NCBI RefSeq assembly: GCF_006345805.1
Contig: NC_043004.1
Location: forward strand, 57,908,001 to 57,972,000
DNA length: 64,000 nt
Direction: 5' to 3'
Origin: Octopus sinensis
Taxonomy: Eukaryota
Numbering within the stretch: position 1 is the stretch's first letter; each line of letters begins with the position of its first letter. The position numbers and the translations under genes are program-made. The notes beneath the pieces were generated by a model that saw nothing but the letters and a program-made list of their open reading frames with translations, was not told the origin of the DNA and searched no databases. This document shows positions 13,720-26,229 of the stretch, in pieces.

Positions 13720-15203
13720 TATATATATATATATACACACACGTTGGTGGGTAGTGTTTTGTGATTCATACATATGTTTTAACTTTTATACCACATCGCA
13801 CATTATTAAGTTTTTATATAAGGAGAAACTGATATAATCGTGCTATAAGTTCCGTGAGTGTATATACAGATGGATCTTATCTACACTTTTCTTAATAAAA
13901 GAACGGTAATACTTATACTATTTGAATTCAAGAAGCCATACTTCATAATGGAAATGTTCATTTTTTCTCTATATAAAACAAAAAGACAAAATTGCTTTTT
14001 AATTTGAAATGTAATCTGAAAATACGGTTTCTGATAATTTCTTTAAAATTTGTATAATATAATTTTCTGTGAGAAGAGAAGATTGTAGACATTCGGCGGT
14101 AATGAAGCTTTTTATGATGTTTTGACTTACATTTACAGTTTACTCTAATCACTTATACTAATTACCTTGAAAGTATTCAGTGGTGAAATTTAAAGATGAT
14201 ATTAAGTAAAAGTATGTTATAGGAAAAGACTGAAAATTTAGTTCCTCTTTGGTGAATTATGGCCTGTTTTATTTATTTATTATTATTTTTTCATAGACTC
14301 GCATTTACAGAAGAACTGACTTAGATGTCAGATATTATTCACCGATGGGTCAATATCTTTATAGAGTAGGAGGATTTTAAAAATTCGTTGCAGATATAAA
14401 GTTTATCTGGTCTTTTATTTAAATTCAGAAACGTTTTGTTATTGAGCAGCCACATTATATCCTATTATGTTAAAAATTCACCAAAAACGTTATTGGCCAT
14501 GAGCTTTCGAGTGGTTCAAACGTTGTTTCCTTTGAAGTGATTCTTAGTGAAATTTTGTTGTAAGATGTTAGGAAACATGACTTCTCTTTATCGAATAAGG
14601 TTCAGAAGAGATTCAGAACGACACCAAACAAATTGTATATGGGATCAACATAAACGGCGGTGAATCAGCATGGCCGCAGCTCTGAGCTGAAAGTAGAAAA
14701 AAAAAGAGGTAACTCAAATTGTAATAAATATATTTATTATATGTTTTGCGGCCTCTAGTTTCATCTATAAATAACACTGAAAATCAAATACTCGAATATT
14801 AACATAGTTTATAACTTTGTGTAATAATAATGACAAGTCTCTTTCCGGTCAAATCGCTTGACTGTGAAAGCGCGAAAGTGGAGTTTTACTATGAGAAATT
14901 TGGTATCGTTTCTCAAAAATATTATCTTGACCTGTTTTGATTGATTAGTTGATTATACTACCACTGAGAAAACATTTAGAATGCTAAAACTAGCAATCTC
15001 AACAATACAATAACTTAAGGTTCTTGTTTCTGTTACACTTTAGTTAAACATTATATGATTATACAAGCAGGAATTTCGTATTAAACCATGACATATTCCT
15101 ATGATAAATGTATTTAAGAATTGTCACTAACGCCGAGGTGCTAAATTACACCTTAAGTCAAGGTAATTTGTATATTTGTATCTTATAATTTTACTTTCAA
15201 CAG

Positions 15204-15226
15204 TTTACATACATAACGTGGGTAAG
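15204..15226 (+). CDS. Candidate micro-exon (xYIHNVGK; alternative 18-nt form ending 15221)
   Basis: Acceptor TTTTACTTTCAACAG; donors GG|GTAAGG and AAG|GTGAGT. Splice-signal inference only. Confidence 0.25.
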
Positions 15227-15529
15227 GTGAGTACTTTTGCCATAGAGGAAAGAGTGTTGCTGACACGATGTGTAGACAGGAGTCGGCAAGAATCGACATG
15301 TAGACAGGATTTGGCAGAAGACTAACTTACACATTCAACGTTCAACCTGTTTTACTATTCCGAAGTAAATGCTGAGAACAATGTGTTTACAACTAGTAGT
15401 GATTTACACATGCACACACACCCAACACACACACAAACACACTTACACACGCTCTCACACACTCAGACTCATTTATGTGCATCCTTTGTATATTTGTGTA
15501 TGTTTGTGTATATAGCTATATATATATAG

Positions 15530-15561
<32 letters not shown>

Positions 15562-17588
15562 TTGTGTGTTTGTGTGTTTGTGCATGTGCAGGCATGCGCG
15601 TGTGTGGGTGCATCTGCATCTCCTCTTTCTGGAGCGAATTTTGCTTTCATTTCCTTTTTAGTTATTTTACGCATAATTTTCATTTTCTTTGCTAAATTTA
15701 TTTCACAAAATTTTCTCTGGCTGCGAATAGGAAGGAATTTAATTTCCCTAATGCTTTTACTTTGGCATTTAAATCATGCCATCCTCTCAATTAATTTCCG
15801 TTAGTTTCTTGCAGATAAACAAATTTAGTCGAAGTTTTAATTTAATTATATACAAATAAAGATATTCAATACATCTCTCGATTCTCTCATAGTTGATAAA
15901 TCTTTTGGCAAGTTGGTTCCTTAGCTTTCTACCAATACAAGAACGTTCTAATCTAAAAATAAGTAGTATAACATACAGAATGATCAGCTGAGGCATTACT
16001 ATGTTCTTAGAAGTACGATGACCAATAAGATAAGATAAGATCGCAAAATATGCAGAGCAAGTGGAATACAAAGTTACTGAACGTCTTGCGCTTTATAGCA
16101 AGACACTTAATTCTATTACCAACACAGAAAAATAGATTTCATTTTGGCTGAGAAGCTTAACAAGCAATAGATTAGCTTTACTGACATATATATATATATA
16201 TATTATATTAAATTTATTATATTATATTATGTTATATTATTTTTATGTATTTTCATGTGGAGTAAGTTTGTTTTTCATCCACAACAGACAACGAAGTAAA
16301 ACACAATCTGTCTTTCGTATCGTTATCAGACTCGTAAAACTATTATCATTTTACTGGACTATAAATTGATGTAAACTTTCAGTTGAATATTTTAACTTTT
16401 CTTTTTTTTTAAGGTGAACGTTCTAGGGAGATTGCTATTTAATACAGATTAAACATTTCAAAGAATATCTTAGGCCAGTGAGTGAGATACATGAGACAGA
16501 ATACTCATTCTGGATTTATCGAAGGCCGTTTAAAGTAAATTCGTCAATGGCCTCTTTCTAGACCACTGATATTCAATATTCCTAAAAACGGTTTTCTGTA
16601 GAATTGATATGTATATACATTTATCGAACAAATTGTGTTGGTTTTTTGAGGTTTTTTCTTTTTGTCTTTGTTTAATGAACAATTTATTAAAAACCAAGAA
16701 TCCAATCCTTAAAATGATATTTCAGCATAAAACGCTATTGTCATAATATAAATTTTATCTTTCGAGACTCACTTGAAACCTTACCGTAATGTTATACGTG
16801 GCAGATAAAATACGTTTGTTCATCTGGTCTGTGAAAGATACACCAATTGTGGAGTCAAACACCACTTAAAGAGGCGGTCAGCTATCGTGTCGAGTACCGC
16901 TATGATTATTTGAACCCTCCCTTCATATACGAATTCAAGTTTAAATCTCATTTATTTTCCTTTTCTTTGTTTTTTCTTTTTCTTTTTTTTTGCATTCATA
17001 ATTAGTTCTTCCACTCAACTCTGTCATTCTTAATCACCTGACGAAAGCATGCTTTAAAATATTAAAGAATTATTACCCAGAAGCACCAAGTAATTGAAAT
17101 TTTGAATAAAATATTAGAAAGCCATCTGCTGAATTATTTTAATTTTGAAATGGACAATTTATTATAATTATTTATTTGCAAAAATTGTAGGTGGATTAAT
17201 TGTTCATAAAAAGTTGTCCATTTAATAATTAATATATCAGTTGTCATTTAATATTTTATTCAAAATTTCAATTACATTGTCCTTCTACTTAATAAAACTG
17301 TAATATTTTAAAAATATTTAAACTCTCTCATTTGTCAGGCGACAGAAACTCAGAGATGGGAGAGGCAGGATTAAATCCTGCTTTGTTTATTGAACGAAGG
17401 ATTAGCCTAAGCATAACCACAAACCTCATAATGATTAATCACGGGCTTGAAGAAGACCGGATCAACAGAAAGCGCACTAGCTAGAAAGGGATGTAGAAAT
17501 AAATTATCTACACCCAATAAGTTCCGATGAGGTTTCGTGTAAGTTGCTCGGAATGTTACAGTCCATATAAATTATGACAATGGCGTTA

Positions 17589-17909
17589 TACGAAGTGGTG
17601 TTGAAAAGTTCCTCGTTTGAAGGGTGTCGCGAAAAGCCTGGTTGGAGGCCCAACCTTCCGAGTTATTTTACAGGGTTTAGAAAAACTGAAGGACTGCTGC
17701 AATAAGTGTGTGAATCTAAGAGGAGAAAGTGTTGAAAGTGTAGGAGTGGCTCTGTGGTAAGTAGCTTGCTTACGAACCACCTGGTTCCGGGTTCAGTCCC
17801 GCTGCGTGGCACCTTGGGCAAGTGTCTTCTACTACAACCTCGGGCCGACCAAATCTTTGTGAGTGAATTTGGTAGACGGAAACTAAAAGAAGCCCGTCGT
17901 ATATATATG

Positions 17910-17964
<55 letters not shown>

Positions 17965-18232
17965 TGTGCGTCTGTGTTTTCTCCCCCAACATCGCTTGAC
18001 AACCGATGCTGGTGTGTTTGCGTCTCCATAACTTAGCGGTTCGGCAAAAGAGACCGATAGATTAAGTACTAGGCTTACAAAGAATAAGTCCTGTGGTTGA
18101 TTTGCTCGACTAAAGGCGTTGCTCCAGCATGGATACAGTGAAATGGCTGAAAAAAATAAAAGAGTAAAGAGTAAATTAACTGATGTATTTTCTTTTACCC
18201 AAAAAGCAGGAACTTTTCAACACACCCTTGTA
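17589..18232 (+). mobile_element. Internally deleted mariner element interrupted by a family A SINE
   Basis: TIRs TACGAAGTGGTGTTGAAAAGTTCCT / AGGAACTTTTCAACACACCCTTGTA; remnant of the transposase C-terminus ILQGLEKLKDCCNKCVNLRGESVE. Confidence 0.75.
17740..18174 (+). mobile_element. SINE family A (tRNA head, internal CA/TA microsatellite, AAAAGAGT tail)
   Basis: GGAGTGGCTCTGTGGTAAG...GGTTCAGTCCC...GCTCCAGCATGG...AAAAGAGTAAAGAG. Confidence 0.9.
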
Positions 18233-18277
18233 CACTGATAAATTATTTCATGGGTGGATTATTTCTTTATTAGTTGA

Positions 18278-18673
18278 CTAGCAGTATCGCCCGGCGTTGC
18301 TCGGGTTGTAAGGGAAATAAATATATAAGCATTTTTAGAGAGTTATAGCCAAAAAATAGCAAAAAAATGCATTAAAAATTGAAAAAAAATTAAGGTAATT
18401 TTTTTTTTTAAATCGTTGACACATCGTAGATATTTTTAGAGAGTTACTTCCCTTATATAAAAGCGAAAAAAATGCATTAAAATGGAAAAATATGATGGTA
18501 AATTTTTTAAAAATCGTAGACTCATCGTAGACGCGCGCTAATACCCAGAAGGGCTCGATATGAATCACGACTATAAGATACCCGCTTTTGGTTAAACTGC
18601 ACCGCAAAATGTGGGACTAGTTACGAATCTAAATCGAAGGGGACAGACACACAACTTCACTCTTATATAAAGA
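18278..18673 (-). mobile_element. Non-autonomous Helitron
   Basis: A|CTAGCAGTATCGCCCGGCGTTGCTCGGG ... TATAAAGA|T; same family as 8629. Confidence 0.9.
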
Positions 18674-19884
18674 TGCTTTTTTTTTCAGTCATAGAGTTAG
18701 ATTTATGAAGGTCTTCAGTAGAAAATCCTTCGAATTCTGACTCGCTGCTTGATATAATGAAATTCGTATCCATTTTTTGTCAGAATTACAAATTTTGAAA
18801 ACACAATAGGAACAAATTTCGGAAAAAAATCTCCCATAATTCACGGAATTAAAATTACACTTCGATTTTTGTACAAAACTTTATTTGAAGTGTTTACGAA
18901 GTATAATACGTGTTTTCACGAATGTACTAAAGAGATTTACTCTGATATTCTCATTTAAATATGAATAGGTAAATTCGGGCGGTTTGATAACGAAAGGGTT
19001 TATATAAGTGTCGTCTGTTTATACATAAACACTGTTTCATACTTTCAGTTTAGTCTTCCTCAAATCACTCTGTCGCTAATTTACTCTCTTCCAAGAACAT
19101 TTTCACTCACTCTTATCTGTTAGCTTCCCATACATTTTACTCATGTATCTATCAGCGTGATAGACAGAAACAAATATTACATCTAGTTTCACTTTATTCA
19201 TTGCACACTGTGTGTGTGCGTTTGCGTGTGCTGTAAACCAGACTAAGAAAAGCATTTGACATACACACCAGAATGTGAGTTTTCTATAAATTTTGCTTAA
19301 TTGGAGTTTAAATTTTAAAAACTGGACCTGGCATGACCCGATGCATTCTACTCTTAAAAATGCTAGGTAAATTGTAATTGAAGAAATCCTATATTGTAGA
19401 TTTCTATAACTTACAAAGGGAGGCAGATAAAATCTGCCTTTTATAATAAGAGATGTACGTTGTTTGTGCGTGCATGTGTGTAACTAGATATGACATCTTG
19501 ATACGTATGTATACACGTGTGTGTGTGTTGTATGTGCGTAGTCATCCTGTTGTCCTTTAAGAGTGGAAGTGAATATATGTGTATATGCGAGTACTCTTGT
19601 GTGTGTATTCATGCATGTACGTGTATTTGTACCTTTCCTGAGATACAAATGCCCATTTTACCTTCATAAAATTAGGTCTATCCTTCAATGTTGCAAATAT
19701 AAGGGTAGAAGGCTAGACATACTTCTTTTCAATATTTCAATATCACAGTCAATTTCTAATCTTCCAGCTTACGGGTTAGGTATCGAGACGCAGATTTTTT
19801 CTAAGTTATCCGTAAATATCTATATATATATATATAAATATATGAAAGAATGGAGTTGAACGACGAATTAACAAAATTCCTTTA

Positions 19885-19967
19885 TTTTCGACACATGTTT
19901 CGAAGGCTGCATATTCCTAATTGCGAAGGAATAAGGAGTATATTATGCCGCTTTCTCATCAGGAAAA
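19885..19967 (-). ncRNA. Type I hammerhead ribozyme motif (left-arm copy)
   Basis: TTTTC-CTGATGA-GAAAGCGGC...GCCTTC-GAAAC-ATGT-GTC-GAAAA on the minus strand; stem III palindrome broken by one change. Confidence 0.7.
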
Positions 19968-20056
19968 GCAAGGAACTTATGTCAACATCAAGATGCACAA
20001 AAAACTTTTAGATGACTGCTCACACAGTTTTTTGTGCATCTTGATGTTGACATAAG

Positions 20057-20155
20057 TTCCTTGCTTTTCCTGATGAGAAAGCGGCATTATGTACTCCTTA
20101 TTCCTTCGCAATTAGGAATATGTAGCCTTCGAAACATATGTCGAAAATAAAGGAA
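20057..20155 (+). ncRNA. Type I hammerhead ribozyme motif (right-arm copy)
   Basis: Stem I TTTTC/GAAAA extended by TTCCTT/AAGGAA; canonical core CTGATGA (20070-20076); stem II GAA..GGC/GCCTTC; GAAAC-ATAT-GTC; predicted cleavage after C20142. Confidence 0.8.
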
Positions 20156-20330
20156 TTTTGTTAATTCGTCGTTCAACTCCATTCTTTCATATATTTGTAT
20201 TTTAAAAAAAACATTCAAATTTCCACACGAAAGCACGTAACTTCAAACGTGTCTTCTCCGATGTGAATTTGCTACCCAGGTATCGGTTAACCGAATTATC
20301 CTTAACAAGATAATTCATTCAACTACTCAA

Positions 20331-20366
<36 letters not shown>

Positions 20367-20379
20367 ATGTGTGTGTATA

Positions 20380-20430
<51 letters not shown>

Positions 20431-20453
20431 ATGTGTGTGTATACCTATATATA

Positions 20454-20500
<47 letters not shown>

Positions 20501-20506
20501 ATATAT

Positions 20507-20676
20507 GACGCCATGATAGATCGTTAGCTCCTACACGCATTTTTTTCACTCCTTGTTGTCGAAGAGCGTAGGCTCGAAACGTAAAAGACTTTTTCTAGTC
20601 CTGAGCGCTATACTAATACATTTGTTTGTTTGTACTCCACCTGCCTTCGTCTTTTGTTTATTTTCGTAAACTTTCC

Positions 20677-20681
<5 letters not shown>
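20507..20681 (+). mobile_element. Family E repeat (hammerhead-like motif), internally deleted
   Basis: GAAGAGCGTAGGCTCGAAACGTAAAAGAC...CCTGAGCG...CCTTCGTCTTTTG; in TA repeat. Confidence 0.75.
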
Positions 20682-20713
<32 letters not shown>

Positions 20714-20716
20714 GTC

Positions 20717-20749
<33 letters not shown>

Positions 20750-20753
<4 letters not shown>

Positions 20754-21110
20754 TAATCCAAACGAGAAAACAGAAAAAACAACAACACAAGGAGGTGGAA
20801 CAATTAAAGTATTATTATTAGGCGCTCAGGAAAAAGGGAAGAAGGAGGGTATGACGTTTCGAGCGGAACTCTTCGTCGGAAACATAAGAGAAAGAAAGAT
20901 CCCGAGGCGGGCGGACGGAGGGGAAAAAAACGCGACTGGTTTTCACGAAGTAAACATGCTGAAAGGCCGGAAGTCTTAGACAGCGGGGACAGGTTTTCAA
21001 AGACAGGAGAGCGGAAAAAGAAGGTTGGTAACAACTCGATGAATGGGAAATGACTATCAACCTTTTCCTTGGAACAATTTAATATATCCTGAGATGTATC
21101 AATGAATACG
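20750..21110 (-). mobile_element. Relative of family E with minimal hammerhead-like motif
   Basis: Minus strand CCGACGA-A-GAGTTCCGCTC-GAAACGTC followed by TTCCTGAGCG..TAATA..TTGTTCCACCT, as in family E. Confidence 0.55.
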
Positions 21111-21575
21111 TCTCAATTTTTATGTTTCACTGTTTTATATATAACTATTCATAAATACAAGCGTTAATACATGCACGCACTTACACACATCCACGAACGC
21201 ACGCACACACACACCACACACGCGCGCGCGCGCGCGTACGTACATGCTTGGGTTTAAATATAAATAAATAAACGTGTATATATATACGCACACACAATTT
21301 GGTCATCACTAATTGTAACTGCACGCGCTACAAGCACATTTATTGCGAGAAACATATGTACCTGTAGTACATACAGTCACACCTAGTGACGACTAAATTT
21401 TGCCTATACGGTTTATAGTGTGTCTAGCTCTCCACATTATTCGTGCGTGTGTGTGTATGTATATATTTATATATTTATATATATATATATATTAATATAT
21501 ATATATAATATATATATATGTTATTATATATATATATATTAATTATGTATATACAAATATATATATATATATATG

Positions 21576-21710
21576 CTTTGCCTTTCATCCTTTCGGGGTC
21601 GATAAATTAAGTACCAGTTACGCACTGGGATCGATGTAATCGACTTAATCCGTTTGTCTGTCCTTGTTTGTCCTCTCTGTGTTTAGCCACTTGTGGGTAG
21701 TAAAGAAATA
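21576..21710 (+). mobile_element. SINE family C, 3' part
   Basis: CTTTGCCTTTCATCCTTTCGGGGTCGATAAATTAAGTACCAG...GTAAAGAAATA. Confidence 0.88.
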
Positions 21711-21734
21711 TATATATATATATATATGTGTGTG

Positions 21735-21768
<34 letters not shown>

Positions 21769-21807
21769 TGTATGTATGTATGTATGTATGTCTATGCATA
21801 AACACGG

Positions 21808-21922
21808 GGGGGAAGTGGTTGTGTGGTAAGAAGCTTGCTTCCCACCCACATGGTTCCGGGTTCAGTCCTACCATGTTGCAACTTGAGCAAGTGTCTTCTA
21901 TTATAGCCTTTGTCCGACTAAA
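21808..21922 (+). mobile_element. SINE family A, head fragment
   Basis: GTGGTTGTGTGGTAAGAAGCTTGC...GGTTCAGTCC. Confidence 0.75.
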
Positions 21923-22272
21923 ATTCTGATTTGTTACATTTGGTATGGATGAAGAAATAAATACGTACTCGAAGTGCTTTCTGCATGAATATTGGCCTTG
22001 TTATATAGCTGTGTGTGTGTGAGAGAGAGAGAGATGGAGAAAGAGAGAGAGTAACGTGTGCTAGTGTGAGTTTGTGTGTTGAGCTTAAGTACTTGCACGT
22101 GCGTATGTTATCTATGATACATTTTTGTACATCCCTATCAATCAAACCCAACTGAGCTGTCTCTCTGTCGATAAGCATAGCAGCTATTCATGATGTCACG
22201 GAACTTTAGAGGGAATCTAGAACGATAATATTGAATATGATCTTCGGCAAGATATAGCTATTATTTATGACA

Positions 22273-22658
22273 GTGGAGGCGCAATGGCCCAGTCGTTAGG
22301 GCAGCGGACTCGCGGTCGTAGGATCGCGGTTTCGATTCCCAGACCGGGCGTTGTGAGTGTTTATTGAGCGAAAACACCTAAAGCTCCACGAGGCTCCGGC
22401 AGGGATGGTGGTGATCCCTGCTGTACTCTTTCACCACAACTTTCTCTCACTTTTACTTCCTGTTTCTGTTGTACCTGTATTTCAAAGGGCCGGCCTTGTC
22501 ACTCTCTGTGTCACGCTGAATATCCCCGAGAACTACGTTAAGGGTGCGCGTGTCTGTGGAGTGCTCAGCCACTTACACGTTAATTTCACGAGCAGGCTGT
22601 TCCGTTGATCGGATCAACCGGAACCCTCGTCGTCGTAACCGACGGAGTGCTTCCATCC
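22273..22658 (+). mobile_element. tRNA-derived SINE, head B + tail X, full length
   Basis: GTGGAGGCGCAATGGCCCAG...GACGGAGTGCTTCCATCC; TSD ATTTATGACA. Confidence 0.92.
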
Positions 22659-22910
22659 ATTTATGACATATCAAGGATCCTCATATGCACGTTCTCGTTG
22701 GCATTGTCCAGCATAATTGACGGTATGCGCATGTATTTATATAAAGTTTACATGAATCCATCAAGCCATATCAGACCATAATTGTATGACTTACATGCTG
22801 CTTACATGCATGCATGATGTGTGGGAAAATGCCCGCTCACAATTATACTTTTGCACGTAAACACATGTGTGTGCATATGAGTGCGCGCGCGTGTGAGTGT
22901 TTGTTTGTGT

Positions 22911-22947
<37 letters not shown>

Positions 22948-22970
22948 ATGTTGCTGTGTTTATGTTACTA

Positions 22971-23379
22971 TACTCTTTTACTCTTTTACTTGTTTCAGTC
23001 ATTTGACTGCGGCCATGCTGGAGCAACGCCTTTATTCGAGCAAATCGACCCCGGGACTTATTCTTTGTAAGCCCAGTACTTATTCTATCGGTCTCTTTTG
23101 CTGAACCGCTAAGTGACGGGGACGTAAACACACCAGCATCGGTTGTCAAGCAATGCTAGGGGACAAACACAGACACACAAACACACACATACATATATAT
23201 ATATAGACATATATACGACGGGCTTCTTTCAGTTTCCGTCTACCAAATCCACTCACAAAGATTTGGTCGGCACGGGGCTATAGCAGAAGACACTTGCCCA
23301 AGATGCCACGCAGTGGGACTGAACCCGGAACCATGTGGTTGGTTAGCACGCTACTTACCACACAGCCACTCCTGCGCCT
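22971..23379 (-). mobile_element. SINE family A, full length
   Basis: Reverse complement of the family A consensus from head to tail. Confidence 0.92.
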
Positions 23380-23721
23380 ATGTATAAAATAATTTAACGT
23401 TGAACTGAAGAAGCGCTCAATACTTTTAGTGGAGTATGTTTATTAAGCTTTTACAAGCAAACGAATGGCAGTGACTTAGACGTTTCGGCTAGCTTACCTT
23501 CGCCCAGCAATCTATACCCACACACATGCGTATATATAAATACATATGTATCTCTCTGTATGTATGTATGTCATTATTCAGTTTATTTCAAGATTTCTTG
23601 CCAACAGAGAAAGAACCGGTTTCTAACCTAGATCCAAGGCTCCTTCATTGGAATTCCAACGTCATCATCAGGGTATTTTTGTTTATATGTATGTATGTAT
23701 GTATGTATGCAAATATACATA

Positions 23722-24115
23722 CAGAGTGTTTGGGCAAAATTCGATAGTTTGTATCCGAAAATATTTGAAAAATCAAAAAATATCAACTAGATTGTGACGG
23801 CTCTAGAACCTCGCACATGCGTTTGGGAAGATCTTCAAATACCTCTATGGTCTTGGCCACAAGGCAGGCTTGATGGCGTCTTTCTTGATGGCGTCTTGAG
23901 GCTACGATCGACGAAATTAGGTCAGACAATAGATCTGGTGAAGTTATTGAATTTCTCCGATATCCACTTCTGGTTCTTTCCGGGTGTATCTCAAGGAACC
24001 GAACCCTGTTGCCAGACCTATGGCCTTCTAGCAGCAAACCTCTCCGGCCAGGGACTGATCGCAATTTTCAGCAGCTTCACATAACCGTCTGAATTGAACC
24101 TGAGACACTCTTCAA
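23722..24115 (-). mobile_element. maT/DD37D-type Tc1/mariner transposase 3' fragment
   Basis: Minus strand LRFNSDGYVKLLKIAISPWPERFAARRP*VWQQGSVP*DTPGKNQKWISEKF...EVFEDLP..NACARF*SR, with stops and deletions. Confidence 0.75.
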
Positions 24116-24214
24116 AGATGTGAGTATGAATTGCGGCATGCAAACAAGGTCAGAATGCCTTTTGTGTTCCTTCCTTCTTAGTCACAGTAGTGCTTGTCAA
24201 TATCACGTCATACA

Positions 24215-24633
24215 AGGCGGCGAGCTGGCAGAAACGTTAGCGCGCCGGGCGAAATGCTTAGCGGTATTTCATCAGCCGCTACGTTCTCAGTTCAAATTCT
24301 ACCGAGGTTGACTTCGCCTTTCATCCTTTCGGGGTCGATAAATTAAGTACCAGTTACGCACTGGGGTCGATGTAATCGACTTAATCCGTTCGTCTGTCAA
24401 TGTTCGTCCCCTCTATGTTTAGCCCCTTGTGGGTAGTAAAGAAATAGGCATTTCATCAGCCGCTACGTTCTGTGTTCAAATTCTGCCGAGGTTGACTTCG
24501 CCTTTCATCCTTTTCGGGGTAGATTAAATAACTACAAGTTGCGCACTAGGGTCGATGTAACCGTCTTAATCCGTTTGTCTGTCCTTGTTTGTCCCTTCTA
24601 TGTTTAGCAGCCTGTGGGCAATAAAGAAATAAT
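24215..24633 (+). mobile_element. Dimeric SINE family C
   Basis: One head plus two body units (junction at 24446/24447); 14-bp TSD TATCACGTCATACA at 24201-24214 and 24634-24647. Confidence 0.92.
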
Positions 24634-25289
24634 TATCACGTCATACAGCCTGTACTAGGTTCACATATCATTGAGCAGCTGTCATCATGTCAGCATTTTG
24701 ACGACCAGCGCGAATCAGCATGATACAGGTAATTTTTTTCCACTATTCAGATAGATTTTATTCATTTGCGTCAGTTTTTTCTCAATTGCAACTTTAATGT
24801 TTATGCTCTCCAACGCCGTTGACTGTTCACCAAAACATAAGCTGTTACTGAAAAGTGGGGACATGGGAATAATCAAATTTAACTCGAACACCCTCTACAT
24901 ATATATGTGGGTGCGTGGAGAGAGAAGGGCAGAGAGAGACACGTGCACACACCTGTATATATTAAAATAGAAAGGGTAAATAATAGGCGTGAGATAATGA
25001 GATATTAAGCGAAGATGTAGAAAATTAAGGAAAAAATACAGCGGTTTATTGGTTGACAGCTATAAGGCACAGTAGTTGAACTACAGTGGAAAGGAAGCGA
25101 AAATGTCAATGATAAAAACATTGAGAGAAGTAAAGGTACAGGGAGATAGAGAAACGTATGAAAGTTCACGAATGAAGTATTTGATTTTGGTTCAGCTGAT
25201 AAGCATTCTTATCCAAAAATGTTTCTGTGTTCGTTGCGAAATGAGGTTTCTGTATGACTGAATGGTTTGAACGTCAAACAAAATGGCTT

Positions 25290-25660
25290 GTGGTCTTTAG
25301 TTACGAGGCTTTATGATCTAAGTTCAATTCCGCTGGGGTCAGCTTTGCTTTTCAGGTCTCCTGAGGTGATAAAATAAATTACTGGGGCCTATGTAATCGA
25401 TTTACCCTTCCTCTCAAAACTGCTGGCCTAGTGCTAAAATTTAAGTAATTATAAAGGTGATGAGGTGGCAGAATCCTTACCACGTCAGAGAACATGCTTA
25501 CCGCTATTTCTGCAGGCTCTTTATGTTCTGAGTTTGAATTCCTCCGAAGTCGACTTTGCCGTTCATACTGTCGAGGTCGATAAAATAAGTACCAGTCGAG
25601 TACTGCGGTCGATGCAATCAACAACCCCTTCCCCAACTGCTGGCCATCTACCAAAAATTT
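25290..25660 (+). mobile_element. Two decayed family C SINEs
   Basis: Degenerate AGTTCAATTCC..GTCAGCTTTGC..GATAAAATAA..ACTGGGG and GGCAGAATC..GTCGACTTTGCC..GATAAAATAAGTACCAG. Confidence 0.75.
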
Positions 25661-25689
25661 GAAACTGTTATCATTAGCATCGCCATCAT

Positions 25690-26225
25690 AATTAACATGG
25701 TGGATTGACAGACTCGTCAGAGCATCGGAAAATGCTTTGCGGTATTTGTCGTGACCTTTTGCATCCCGAGTTCAAATTCTGCCAGAGTCATCTTTACATT
25801 TCATCCTTTTTTTATGCGCCCTTTTTAAGCCTAGCCAGACTCATGGGCGCGGTTTCCCAGTTTCTATGGCGTATGTATTCCCTCCAGCTGGACGGGACGC
25901 CAGTCCATCGCAGCGTTACTCAAGAAACAGGAAGAAAGAGTGAAAGTTGGGGCGAAAGAGTACAACAGGGGTCGCCGCCATCCCCTGCCGGAGCCTCGTC
26001 GAGCTTTAGGCGTTTTCGCTCAATAAACACACACAACGCCCGGTCTAGGAATCGGAACCGCGATCCTCCGACCGCGAGTCCGCTGCCCTAACCACTGGGC
26101 CATTGCGCCTCCACACATTTCATCCTTACTGGGTAGATGAAATAAAGTACCAGGCAAGTAGTGGGGTCGATGTAATCGATTTGCCCTCTCCCATCAAAAA
26201 ATTCTACCTCCTCGAGCCAAAAATC
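25690..26225 (+). mobile_element. Decayed family C SINE split by a younger SINE
   Basis: Halves 25690-25808 and 26115-26225 rejoin across the TSD ACATTTCATCCTT. Confidence 0.8.
25809..26114 (-). mobile_element. SINE, head B + tail Y (V-domain-like)
   Basis: Minus strand GTGGAGGCGCAATGG...CTGCGATGGACTGGCGTCCCGTCCAG...; 13-bp TSD at 25796-25808 and 26115-26127. Confidence 0.9.
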
Positions 26226-26229
26226 GAAA

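Larger units (their letters stand above)
19836..20196. mobile_element. Palindromic element (171-bp arms, 19-nt loop) with a hammerhead motif in each arm
   Basis: Arms 19836-20006 and 20026-20196 with about 4 mismatches. Confidence 0.9.

Noticed and set aside
17339-17484. Open frame after a good acceptor (DRNSEMGEAGLNPALF...)
   Set aside because: No convincing donor before the stop and no recognisable protein similarity.
19230-19454. Possible second Helitron family (TCTCTTATTATAAAAG 5'-like end on the minus strand)
   Set aside because: No 3' hairpin plus CTRR terminus identified; only one end is visible.
22273-22350. tRNA-like sequences at SINE heads
   Set aside because: A/B boxes are present but there is no complete cloverleaf or acceptor stem; they are SINE 5' regions, not tRNA genes.
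23794-24084. 96-aa + strand ORF that looks like a normal exon
   Set aside because: It is the antisense of the decayed maT/DD37D transposase on the minus strand.
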